Below are positions 16,148-24,915 of a DNA stretch of 30,396 nucleotides, in pieces (position 1 is the stretch's first letter; each line of letters starts with the position of its first letter). The stretch spans positions 1 through 30,396 of the IMG/VR virus record IMGVR_UViG_3300032243_000488. One strand, 5' to 3'. Origin of the DNA: a virus (lineage: Duplodnaviria > Caudoviricetes). The translations under genes and the position numbers were made by a program. Under the pieces are notes generated by a model. It was not told the DNA's origin, made no database searches, and saw only the letters and a list, made by a program, of their open reading frames with translations.

Positions 16148-16166
16148 AAGGGGACTTTCACCCCTT
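16148..16166 (-). terminator. Hairpin after the capsid gene (weak terminator or mRNA stabiliser)
   Basis: AAGGGG-tgaaagt-CCCCTT with only a short U tract. Confidence 0.55.
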
Positions 16167-16189
16167 AATGTTTTTTAATATTTTATAAA

Positions 16190-17167
16190 TTAAGGCTTAC
16201 CGTTCCATGCCATGTATTTGGTTGTACCAAATGTAGCTACAGTTGCACCATAGTTGTAGTTAGCTCTCATACCAATACGGTCAAAGTCAATACTATACCA
16301 AGCTCTTAATGTTTCATCACTCAATAAGTCAACACCATAAACCATATATTCTGCTGGTGCAATTGTTACTTGAGTTGAACCATTTAAACCTAATGTAGGA
16401 TAAATTTTAATGTTTGTATTTGGATGTACCGCTGACATATTACTTGTAATAGTCGTTGAGTTGATGTAGTTAGTGAAGAAGTTTGCTCTTGTTAATGCTT
16501 GTACATACAAACGGAAATAAGAGTAAGACATAAACACTACTAAATCTTCACGTACCAATGCGTTAGCATCTAATGCGTTGATTAAATTATCTACTTCTGT
16601 GATTGGGTTACCTGCTGAACCATAAGCTGCTGAACTTGAGAAAGTTGAACCACTTGAGTTAGCACAAGAACCAGAGAAAGTATTTCCTGTTGAAGTACTA
16701 ATCAATGTAGCAAAACCGTTGAAACAGTCACCACTTACAGTTTTTGCGTTCCATAATTTATCTTCAACACGTTGTTCGATTTGCTTTCTTTTTAAATCTA
16801 AGATCATTTGTTCAAAAGGAACTTCCTCTTGAGTTTGACCCGCTTTCATCAACATAGATTGATATGTAGCGAATAAATCTTTATAACATAAAGTCTCATA
16901 CAATGTCTCAGGACAAGTTGTGATGTTATGTTGTGTAAATTGTGTTACACCACTTGGAGATAAAGAACAGTTTCCTGCTTGAAACACTGGAGTTGAATCC
17001 AATAAGTTTAAAGCTTGTGTACCTTTGATACCAGTACGTACATTAACGACAGAAGCTGTAGTTCCACCGATAAGTGCTTTTGCTAATAACTCACCACCTA
17101 CTTGGTCAGAATAACCACCAATGGTTGAAACGTCATACGCAAAGGCTTGTTTTTTTAAATTACTCAT
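16190..17167 (-). CDS. Major capsid protein
   Basis: 325 aa after protease and scaffold; GIK....L, C...SG...FTQ..I, E.LC.KDL, FNGF; followed by a hairpin. Confidence 0.85.
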   Translation of the reverse strand: MSNLKKQAFAYDVSTIGGYSDQVGGELLAKALIGGTTASVVNVRTGIKGTQALNLLDSTPVFQAGNCSLSPSGVTQFTQHNITTCPETLYETLCYKDLFATYQSMLMKAGQTQEEVPFEQMILDLKRKQIEQRVEDKLWNAKTVSGDCFNGFATLISTSTGNTFSGSCANSSGSTFSSSAAYGSAGNPITEVDNLINALDANALVREDLVVFMSYSYFRLYVQALTRANFFTNYINSTTITSNMSAVHPNTNIKIYPTLGLNGSTQVTIAPAEYMVYGVDLLSDETLRAWYSIDFDRIGMRANYNYGATVATFGTTKYMAWNGKP

Positions 17168-17188
17168 TTTGTAATATTTTTTTTTTAA

Positions 17189-17941
17189 TTATTTATTTCT
17201 TAAAGAAGACAAAGCTCTAACACGAGCATCTAAATTATCTTCAATATTTATTTTTGAAAAACTATCAGTTTTACCGTCAGCAATTTTATTTGCTCCTGGT
17301 TCTTTTTTGAAAGCTTTAAATTCATTCTCTAATTTTGAATAAGATTGTTCCATTTTAGAAACTTTCTCACCCATTTTAGATATAAACTCTTTTAACATAT
17401 CCATCATTTCTTTGGACATATTCATTGGAGCATCAATTGATGGAGCTTCAGCGGGTCCTACTTCTGGCATACCGTCAGCAGGTTCAGGACCTACTTCCAT
17501 ATACTTAACAATAACTCCGTCTTTAGTCTCAATTTTATCACCACCTTCAAGTTCGTGTGTACCATCTGGTGCTGGAACTTCAGCATCAGCAGTAACTACC
17601 ACAACTTTTGCACCTTCAGCAATTGCATCACCTGCAATTTTAAGAACGGTACCATCAACTAATTTTGCATCAACAAAAATCTCTCTTACAGTTGTAATTT
17701 CACCAGATTTAACTTCAATATCAAAATTTTCTTTCAATTTGTAAGAACCGTCTTTCAATTTTACTTGTTCAAACGCTTCATTAATTTTGAAGATTTTAGA
17801 ACCAACCTCTAACTTTTCAGTATTAAGGATAGTATCATCTTCTAATTTGAAAGATAATAATTCAATTTCATCACTCTTTAAGAAACCAAACTGTACCATA
17901 AGATTTTTAATTTCTTTAATAGCACTTTTTGAATTAGACAT
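17189..17941 (-). CDS. Putative capsid scaffold protein
   Basis: Acidic; two DG..G..V...P.DG...L...I....G.I beta repeats, then a coiled coil; between protease and capsid. Confidence 0.65.
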   Translation of the reverse strand: MSNSKSAIKEIKNLMVQFGFLKSDEIELLSFKLEDDTILNTEKLEVGSKIFKINEAFEQVKLKDGSYKLKENFDIEVKSGEITTVREIFVDAKLVDGTVLKIAGDAIAEGAKVVVVTADAEVPAPDGTHELEGGDKIETKDGVIVKYMEVGPEPADGMPEVGPAEAPSIDAPMNMSKEMMDMLKEFISKMGEKVSKMEQSYSKLENEFKAFKKEPGANKIADGKTDSFSKINIEDNLDARVRALSSLRNK

Positions 17942-17976
17942 AATCGTTTTTTATTTTTTTTTTATTATTTCCTACT

Positions 17977-17984
17977 TATAAATA
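17977..17984 (-). promoter_or_regulatory. TATTTATA promoter-like motif (TATATTTATAAGTAGG)
   Basis: Upstream of the scaffold-capsid-tube unit; same flanks as 15460. Confidence 0.6.
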
Positions 17985-18006
17985 TATATATAAGTGGTTT
18001 TTCTTA

Positions 18007-20076
18007 TTATTCTTTAATTTTCTTCAATACTTCAGCTACCTTGTAAAGGAACATCTCCTCTCTTGAAAAAGATGCCACCTCCTCAAAGAACCCTGAAACA
18101 CTAAATCCGTTTAATTTACCCTGTTTTACTTCTTCCCAAACCTTTGGATTATTTACTTTCATAGATACAAACCAAGTTCCAACAGGTAAAGATTCAAATC
18201 CATACTTATTTGACTTGTCTTGACTATCTTCTTTAATCCAAGATTCCAATACGTGAATGTCCTTGATCGCTTTACCATCATGCATTGTATCATTGTTGTC
18301 AGTATATTTGTTTCTCATATACTTTTCAGCAATCATCTTAATTGTATCAGAACTAAAATATACATAATAAGGGTTTCCCTCAGCATCTTTACGGAATATC
18401 TTTTGATCAGGAATCATTGCTGGTCCAAGTACAATATGTTTCTCATTATCTGTAGCAAAATGTTGTTTAGACATATTTTGTTTTGAATTATCATAACCAC
18501 ATTTATGACAAATATATGGATCATTACCACCATCTTTCATATTCCATTCCCATCCACAATTTTCACATTTGATTGTATCACTTGCAAACAAATATTCAAA
18601 CTCATCTATAAATGACTTTTTCTTTTTCTTTGGTAATTGATCAACATATGGAGTAATACCACCAACATCATAACCAAAATCATTTAGTTTAGATCTAGAC
18701 CAACTTAAAGCGGATAAACCACCCCAACTATCATACATCAATTTACCACATCCATCACCATATCCTTTTGAACTATCTAAATCTACTTTATGACGAGATA
18801 AATAATTATACATTCTCTTAACTGTCTCTAAACTAATTGATTCACCTTTAGCAAGTTGATTAGCACGTTGTTTCCCAACATCTGTTCCACAACTACCCCA
18901 TCCATTTTCATCTACATATTTTAATACCGCTTTAGCATTATTCTTAACACTATCAGGATAATCAGAAACACTTTCCATATTCATTTTAATAGGAACACAA
19001 TTAGGACTACCATCATCCTTTAAACCAATTGGTTCATATCCTTCCCAACAAGGATTAGGTTCAATATCTAATTTAAACTTAATTGCACTAACACTTGGAG
19101 CGTTTTTCTTAATTTCATTAATTACATCTATATTATTATCATAATGTTTTGTTATTCCAATTCTATTTAGAACATCAGATTTTGGTGCACCATTTGTAAA
19201 TAATACTTTATCTTGAGGTAACCTTAATGACTTTGCTTCATCCAATATATCTCTACCTTCAGATTCATTTCTTGCTGTAACAATATAAACATCGTTACCA
19301 GCGTCAATTAACTCCTTATATAACTCCTTACCTTGTGGGGTTGATAGAACACCATCATAATCCAAAGAGACCTTAGGTTTCCCGTCAAAATCAGTTCTAA
19401 GACCTAAGTTCTTTATAGTTGAAGGTGATGGATTAGCAAGGGTTGGTCCTGTAACCGTATTTGGTTGAGTAAAGTCAGGTGTACCATAGACAGGAACACC
19501 ATTAGGACCTGTAATTTTATCCTTATTTATTGACGCCTTATTGATTATATCACCAGTCTTCTTATAAAGGATTTTAAACCACTTATGACGACAATTGAAC
19601 CCACCCCTCCATAATCTTGCAGAGTCTCCAAAATCGTTTGTAATTGCTTCAATATCTTCATTTCTCCATACCAAATTCTTAGAACATAAATCTCTACAAA
19701 ATGTTCTTGTGGTTGGAATTATCTTATTTTGATTAATATTTGGGGATAAATCGTATTTATATCTAACTCTATAAAATGAATTATCTTCTTTTGAATCATC
19801 ATTAGGGTCAGTAGATACAAAATCTTCCTCAATTATTCTATCAAACTCATATCCTTGTGATAATAGATCTTCTTCTAATTCCGCTTTGGATAATAATTTA
19901 TCAAGATATTTTTGATCCTCTCCATCAGGAATATGAAACTCATGTTCTTTTTCCTTTTTAAATGCAACCCAATTTACCTCAATTGCTGGTTCATCCACCA
20001 ATGAGATTGAATCAATCCCTGATACATCATCATCTTCTTGTATCTTTAATTCAAATATTTTTTCTTTCTTTATCAT
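18007..20076 (-). CDS. XkdF-like prohead serine protease with about 500 aa of inserted modules
   Basis: N-terminal ISLVDEPAIE.NW.AF; C-terminal GPAMIPD..I.R, MH, ESW, LP.GTW, K.G.LNGFSV.G. Confidence 0.8.
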   Translation of the reverse strand: MIKKEKIFELKIQEDDDVSGIDSISLVDEPAIEVNWVAFKKEKEHEFHIPDGEDQKYLDKLLSKAELEEDLLSQGYEFDRIIEEDFVSTDPNDDSKEDNSFYRVRYKYDLSPNINQNKIIPTTRTFCRDLCSKNLVWRNEDIEAITNDFGDSARLWRGGFNCRHKWFKILYKKTGDIINKASINKDKITGPNGVPVYGTPDFTQPNTVTGPTLANPSPSTIKNLGLRTDFDGKPKVSLDYDGVLSTPQGKELYKELIDAGNDVYIVTARNESEGRDILDEAKSLRLPQDKVLFTNGAPKSDVLNRIGITKHYDNNIDVINEIKKNAPSVSAIKFKLDIEPNPCWEGYEPIGLKDDGSPNCVPIKMNMESVSDYPDSVKNNAKAVLKYVDENGWGSCGTDVGKQRANQLAKGESISLETVKRMYNYLSRHKVDLDSSKGYGDGCGKLMYDSWGGLSALSWSRSKLNDFGYDVGGITPYVDQLPKKKKKSFIDEFEYLFASDTIKCENCGWEWNMKDGGNDPYICHKCGYDNSKQNMSKQHFATDNEKHIVLGPAMIPDQKIFRKDAEGNPYYVYFSSDTIKMIAEKYMRNKYTDNNDTMHDGKAIKDIHVLESWIKEDSQDKSNKYGFESLPVGTWFVSMKVNNPKVWEEVKQGKLNGFSVSGFFEEVASFSREEMFLYKVAEVLKKIKE

Positions 20077-20094
20077 AATATAATATATATAATT

Positions 20095-22962
20095 TTATAA
20101 TGTACTTAAATCCTTAAGTCTTGCTTGTTTCTGTGCTTCAGTTGTTAATTCACTTGAAACAACATAAGTCTTAATTATTTGTGGTGCAATTGGTGCAACA
20201 CTTGTTGTTTTTGGATTATCGTTATTAGCTTGACCCATTGCACCTTTACTGAATGATGTTCCACCACCCATTTGATTCATTGCTGATAATAATGGAGCAA
20301 ACATTGTTACTGATCCTCTTGTCATTACCGCTTCACCACCTTCCGCATTGATCATTACACCACCTCCTGCATGTCTTGGACCTTCAATCATACCACCATC
20401 ACCATAGTTTTTACCATAGTTTGCTGCTGCCGGTGGTGATGATGGAGCTGATGATCCTCCAGTTAATGAACTTTGATATGTTTGACCCGCAATTAAATCA
20501 ACTTGTTTATAACCAAATACTAATGCTGCAGCTGCAGCAATTGCACCCAATACAGGACCAACAATAGGTATTACAGCAAGTGATGAATAAGCGGATATTG
20601 CTGATTGTAATGTTGAAATTATTGCTTGACCCTTTTGTGCTTGTCTATTTTTGTAGAAATACTTTTCCTTTACCTTATCTTCTGCTTCTGCATTACCTTT
20701 AACTTGATTTAATTCGTTTTGTAATGCAAGACCATTGATAGTCTGTTGTTGTGAATAGAAATTACTTACCACTCCTAAACCTGCACTAACATATCCTAAA
20801 TAAGCATCAAACTTTTCCTTTTGTAAATCCTTTGATAATTGAACATATTTCTTTTCAATTGCAAGTTTTTGTGATTCAGTTAAATCTAATTCAGATAATT
20901 CTCTTTCTTTAGCTAATTCTAATATTTTTTGACGATCATCCCAATAAGCAAGGAAACTATTCTTTTCTGCGTCTGTTGATATTTGAAGAAACTTAATATC
21001 ATCATCAAGTTTCTTTAATTTCTTTTCATTATCCGCCTTCTTCTTATCATCATCTATCTTTTTAAGATCATTTACCAAAGCTTGGTTCATATTAATGACT
21101 GCTATTTGATAATCTTTTTCTTCTAATAACTTGTCTTTGAATAACTTATCTAAATCTCTTAAATCATCATCATATTTCTTTTGTCTCTCTAATTTTTGTT
21201 TAGTAGTATCATCTTTTATAGCTAATATTTCAATTTCAGATATTTTTGAGGTAATTGTTTGTTTAAACTTAACTTGTTCATCATCAATATCGTTTAATGC
21301 TTTTGTATATGTTGCTTTAGCAAGGATTAATTTACTTCCTTTAGTCTTCTCATCAAGTTCTGCTTGAGCAACCTCTTTATCAAAAGCATCTTTTGCTAAC
21401 GCTTTTTTGGTTTCATAGTACTTATCTGTACCTTGTTTTAATGCAACTAATATTGAATTATCTGTATTTGTTTGAATATCAATTAGTCTTGTAGCATCTT
21501 CTGTTGTTGATGCAATAATTTTCTTTCGATTTTCTTCTTTAATTTTAGCAATTTCATTACCACTTAATTGTTCATGTGATTTTTTAATTTGTAATTGCTC
21601 ATCAAAAAGTTTTTGTAATTCTTTAGCACTTGTTTTTTCTTTATCAATTTCTATTGCAATTTGTGCATCTAATTGTTTTAATCTTCTGTCTGCCGCATCC
21701 TTATCTAACGTTAAAGAAGCATTTGAATTAGCTACCTGTTGTTCTAATCTTAAATCACCCGATTGCTTACTATTATCCGCAATAGCACCATCAATCTCTT
21801 TTTGTCTTTCTTTTCTTTGTTCAGCGTTTATAGTAGAATTTAAAAGTAATTTTGTTTGTTCATGTTCAAGTGCAATTCTTGCATCTTTATTTGCTTGTAT
21901 CCTATCATTTAATCCTTTCTTTTCAATATTAACTTGTTCAGTAACTGATGCATTTCTTAATTTAGCTTGATTTAATGCAATAGTTGTATTGGCTTTAATA
22001 ACATCATCAGTTTCTTTTATACCATTTTGTAATGCTTTAAATGAACTAGTTAATCTTTCATTTTCTTTTTCTGCCGCCTTAACACCTGTAATAAATTCTG
22101 AAACTACATCATATAATTTAGTAAAAGCCCAAATAATTCCACCAATTACAAAACCTGCAAATGCAAGTTTCAATAAATTCATAGCAATTGTTAATGCACC
22201 AACACCTTCAGCAGCACCCTTACTAGTTTTATCTAATGTTTGATTAGCAATAGATTGTTGTTCAGTTGAAAGTGTAGTTTTTCTTTGTTGCATATATAAT
22301 GCTTGTTCTTCAACAGTCATAGAAGCAATTGCTTGACCTGACTTTTGAGAAGCATTAATCATTGCTTGTTCAGCACTTACCAATTCACCATTTTGAATAA
22401 CAAGTTTCTTTTTAATATCTACTTGTTTTTGATACACTTCATTTGTAGCACCAACTGCAGTAGGTGTCGTTCCACCACCTGTTGTCGTTCCACCTCCACC
22501 TGTAGTTGTTCCACCACCTTGTTGTTGAACTTGTGGTGTTTCTTTAATGGCCTTATTAATTCCTAATATATTATCAAATACATGGGCAATATCCTTACCC
22601 AATTCAGCAAACTGACTTTTAATATCAGATAATTTATATCCTGAAAATGTCTTTAATAAATCTACAGATGATTGAAGACCAGCAGAAAATTGACCAATAG
22701 GACCAGGTAATAACGATAATGTACCAAACAATTCTCTTGACTTGGCATTAACCCTTTCAGCATTATCTTTTGTTTCATTTAACTTTGCTGATAATAATTT
22801 AAATTCTGCACTATTTTCCTTACCCTTCATTGACAATTGAGCCAATTCGTTATTTAACGCTTTAACCTGTTGTTTAAAATTCAGAGTAGATTGTACCGCA
22901 ACATCAATGGCGTTACCTTTAATGTCAAATATAATCTCAACTTTCTTTTGTGTTGTAGCCAT
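20095..22962 (-). CDS. Tape measure protein
   Basis: 955 aa; Ala/Lys/Leu helical coiled coils, hydrophobic patches, C-terminal GGMI.GP.H..GGV.INAEGGEAV. Confidence 0.85.
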   Translation of the reverse strand: MATTQKKVEIIFDIKGNAIDVAVQSTLNFKQQVKALNNELAQLSMKGKENSAEFKLLSAKLNETKDNAERVNAKSRELFGTLSLLPGPIGQFSAGLQSSVDLLKTFSGYKLSDIKSQFAELGKDIAHVFDNILGINKAIKETPQVQQQGGGTTTGGGGTTTGGGTTPTAVGATNEVYQKQVDIKKKLVIQNGELVSAEQAMINASQKSGQAIASMTVEEQALYMQQRKTTLSTEQQSIANQTLDKTSKGAAEGVGALTIAMNLLKLAFAGFVIGGIIWAFTKLYDVVSEFITGVKAAEKENERLTSSFKALQNGIKETDDVIKANTTIALNQAKLRNASVTEQVNIEKKGLNDRIQANKDARIALEHEQTKLLLNSTINAEQRKERQKEIDGAIADNSKQSGDLRLEQQVANSNASLTLDKDAADRRLKQLDAQIAIEIDKEKTSAKELQKLFDEQLQIKKSHEQLSGNEIAKIKEENRKKIIASTTEDATRLIDIQTNTDNSILVALKQGTDKYYETKKALAKDAFDKEVAQAELDEKTKGSKLILAKATYTKALNDIDDEQVKFKQTITSKISEIEILAIKDDTTKQKLERQKKYDDDLRDLDKLFKDKLLEEKDYQIAVINMNQALVNDLKKIDDDKKKADNEKKLKKLDDDIKFLQISTDAEKNSFLAYWDDRQKILELAKERELSELDLTESQKLAIEKKYVQLSKDLQKEKFDAYLGYVSAGLGVVSNFYSQQQTINGLALQNELNQVKGNAEAEDKVKEKYFYKNRQAQKGQAIISTLQSAISAYSSLAVIPIVGPVLGAIAAAAALVFGYKQVDLIAGQTYQSSLTGGSSAPSSPPAAANYGKNYGDGGMIEGPRHAGGGVMINAEGGEAVMTRGSVTMFAPLLSAMNQMGGGTSFSKGAMGQANNDNPKTTSVAPIAPQIIKTYVVSSELTTEAQKQARLKDLSTL

Positions 22963-22968
22963 ATCCTA

Positions 22969-23172
22969 TTAGTTTAAACTGTCCTTCAGAACACTCTGAA
23001 ACGCCAGTTGTAATATGTTTTTATCTCCTTTTAATAAACCTATTGAACTAAAATCCATATTAAGGTCTGTTAAAGTGTTTATTTTGTTTATTAGTTGATC
23101 GTTAAATGTACTTTTTAGGTATATCTGAGTTAAATCAACTAATTCATTATCTTTGTAAATTTCTATCTTCAT
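22969..23172 (-). CDS. Hypothetical protein
   Basis: 67 aa; TATTTATA at 23176-23183 ends 3 nt before the ATG. Confidence 0.65.
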   Translation of the reverse strand: MKIEIYKDNELVDLTQIYLKSTFNDQLINKINTLTDLNMDFSSIGLLKGDKNILQLAFQSVLKDSLN

Positions 23173-23190
23173 ATCTATAAATATTGTTTT

Positions 23191-23670
23191 TTACGTAACG
23201 GTTATTGAAAGTGTCTGACATACAGGATAAATTGCTTTAAGTCCTATAAATCTTATTTCAAAGTAATATGTCCCTGATGAGAAGGTTGTTAAACCCATCA
23301 TAGAGGGGGTTACGGTGACCGTATTTGACCCCGAATAGGTTGATGAACCTGTTGTACCACTGGTTACAATATCGACACATCTCCAAGGTTTATAATAAGT
23401 TTGACCTGCTGCTATCATATGAACCGATAATAGGTGTATTTGACCTGCTGCAGATATAAATACATCAGCACTATTCTTAGCCCAAGTATAATCGTGAGTA
23501 AAAGTTATTCCCGTTGTTCTTGCTGTACCTGATACAATAAAATTAGATACTGTTCCTGATACACTATTATCGTTTATGTTTTGTATAACCTCAACATCAT
23601 ATTCCGATATATTATAGTTTGGAAATACGAAATTTTGATTATTTACTTGTGAAATGTATTTGTTAGCCAT
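23191..23670 (-). CDS. Ser/Thr-rich virion protein (Ig-like beta sandwich)
   Basis: beta-rich; GTYYFEIR strand; located in the tail block. Confidence 0.55.
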   Translation of the reverse strand: MANKYISQVNNQNFVFPNYNISEYDVEVIQNINDNSVSGTVSNFIVSGTARTTGITFTHDYTWAKNSADVFISAAGQIHLLSVHMIAAGQTYYKPWRCVDIVTSGTTGSSTYSGSNTVTVTPSMMGLTTFSSGTYYFEIRFIGLKAIYPVCQTLSITVT

Positions 23671-23682
23671 ATTTTATATTTT

Positions 23683-24897
23683 TTAATATCCGTATAATGC
23701 TTTATTAGAATTAAAGTTATTTGTTATTTCAGTATTACTTAATACTCTATTATAATATTCAAAATCACCAATACTACAATCAGTATATACACTACCATTA
23801 TTTCTTGCTATAGTCCATCCAAAAGTAGAAGGTCTTAAAGAAGTAATAGTAAATGGTGTTGATGTATTTTCTAATGAACCATTAACATATATTACAAGAG
23901 TTGATGGAAATGACCAAATACCAGTAATATAATACCATGTATTTGTTACCATTGTAGTTGTTCCAGCTAATGATGCACTTGAATAAAAACCACCAACTAA
24001 TCCAGCAATTTGAACTTCAAATTTATTTGATGCATTTTTATCTAATAATAAACTCCATCCACCTGATGCATCATTACCTTGCATAAAAAATATCTTTTGT
24101 GTAGCACTTGTTGTAGTTTTAACCCATCCACCAAATGTATATGAACCAGTAGTTGAACCTGATGAACTTCCACCAAAATCTACCCATTGATTTGTTCCAT
24201 TAAATGTAAAATTACCTCCATTTGAAGTTGAAAATGTAGGACTATTTATTAATGTTCCATTATAAGTTGTACCTGTTGCAACACTTGTCCATGTTGTACC
24301 TGTTCCTACATAAGAATTACCATTAGTCCAAATTGTTAAACCACTTTGTATAATTGATGTAAATGGTATTAAAGTTGGAGTAGGAGTAGGAGTACTTGTT
24401 GGTGGTAATGGAGTAGGAGTATTTGTACTTGTAGGACTTGGAGTTGGTGTATTTGTTGGTGGTAATGGAGTTGGTGATGGGGTTGGTGTAGGTAAAGTAC
24501 TTTCAAGTTTTAGTGATACTCTATATTCAAAATGATACGCACTTGGTATAGTTGTTGCTGTAAATGTATAAAAAGTTGTTGTATCTGATGATGATAAAAT
24601 TAAAGTATCAAATATTCCATTATTAGCATATTGATCATCAGTTGTATAATCTCGTCTATATATTGATACTATTTTTCTATAATTAGTACCACCAGCTGCT
24701 CCAATAACAACAACATCATTTTGATTTAATTTATAATAACTAAATCCACTTTTATTTTTATTAATTGGTTGTCTTGTAATAGAATTTATTACAACAGATA
24801 ATGATGAATTAAATGCTGTATTATCAAACGATATAATTAAAGTTCCGTCTGCGTCTGCGTTTGTTGATTGTTCTGATGGATATATTCTTGGAGCCAT
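23683..24897 (-). CDS. Tail-associated adhesin: beta domain, Pro/Thr linker, LamG/ConA-like lectin domain
   Basis: NGTLINSPTF, F.FNGTNQWV, T...WVK, NTWYYITG.W, IYVNG, YNRVLS..EI..NFN. Confidence 0.8.
   Translation of the reverse strand: MAPRIYPSEQSTNADADGTLIISFDNTAFNSSLSVVINSITRQPINKNKSGFSYYKLNQNDVVVIGAAGGTNYRKIVSIYRRDYTTDDQYANNGIFDTLILSSSDTTTFYTFTATTIPSAYHFEYRVSLKLESTLPTPTPSPTPLPPTNTPTPSPTSTNTPTPLPPTSTPTPTPTLIPFTSIIQSGLTIWTNGNSYVGTGTTWTSVATGTTYNGTLINSPTFSTSNGGNFTFNGTNQWVDFGGSSSGSTTGSYTFGGWVKTTTSATQKIFFMQGNDASGGWSLLLDKNASNKFEVQIAGLVGGFYSSASLAGTTTMVTNTWYYITGIWSFPSTLVIYVNGSLENTSTPFTITSLRPSTFGWTIARNNGSVYTDCSIGDFEYYNRVLSNTEITNNFNSNKALYGY
24373..24493 (-). repeat. Pro/Thr linker repeats (PTPTPSPTPLPPT...)
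   Basis: ggagta/ggagtt hexamer repeats. Confidence 0.85.
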
Positions 24898-24915
24898 ATT
24901 TTTTTATATTATTTA

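Noticed and set aside
5016-23183. T4-type late promoters (TATAAATA)
   Set aside because: TATAAATA lies on the non-coding strand relative to the adjacent genes; the coding-strand reading fits a Bacteroidota -7 variant
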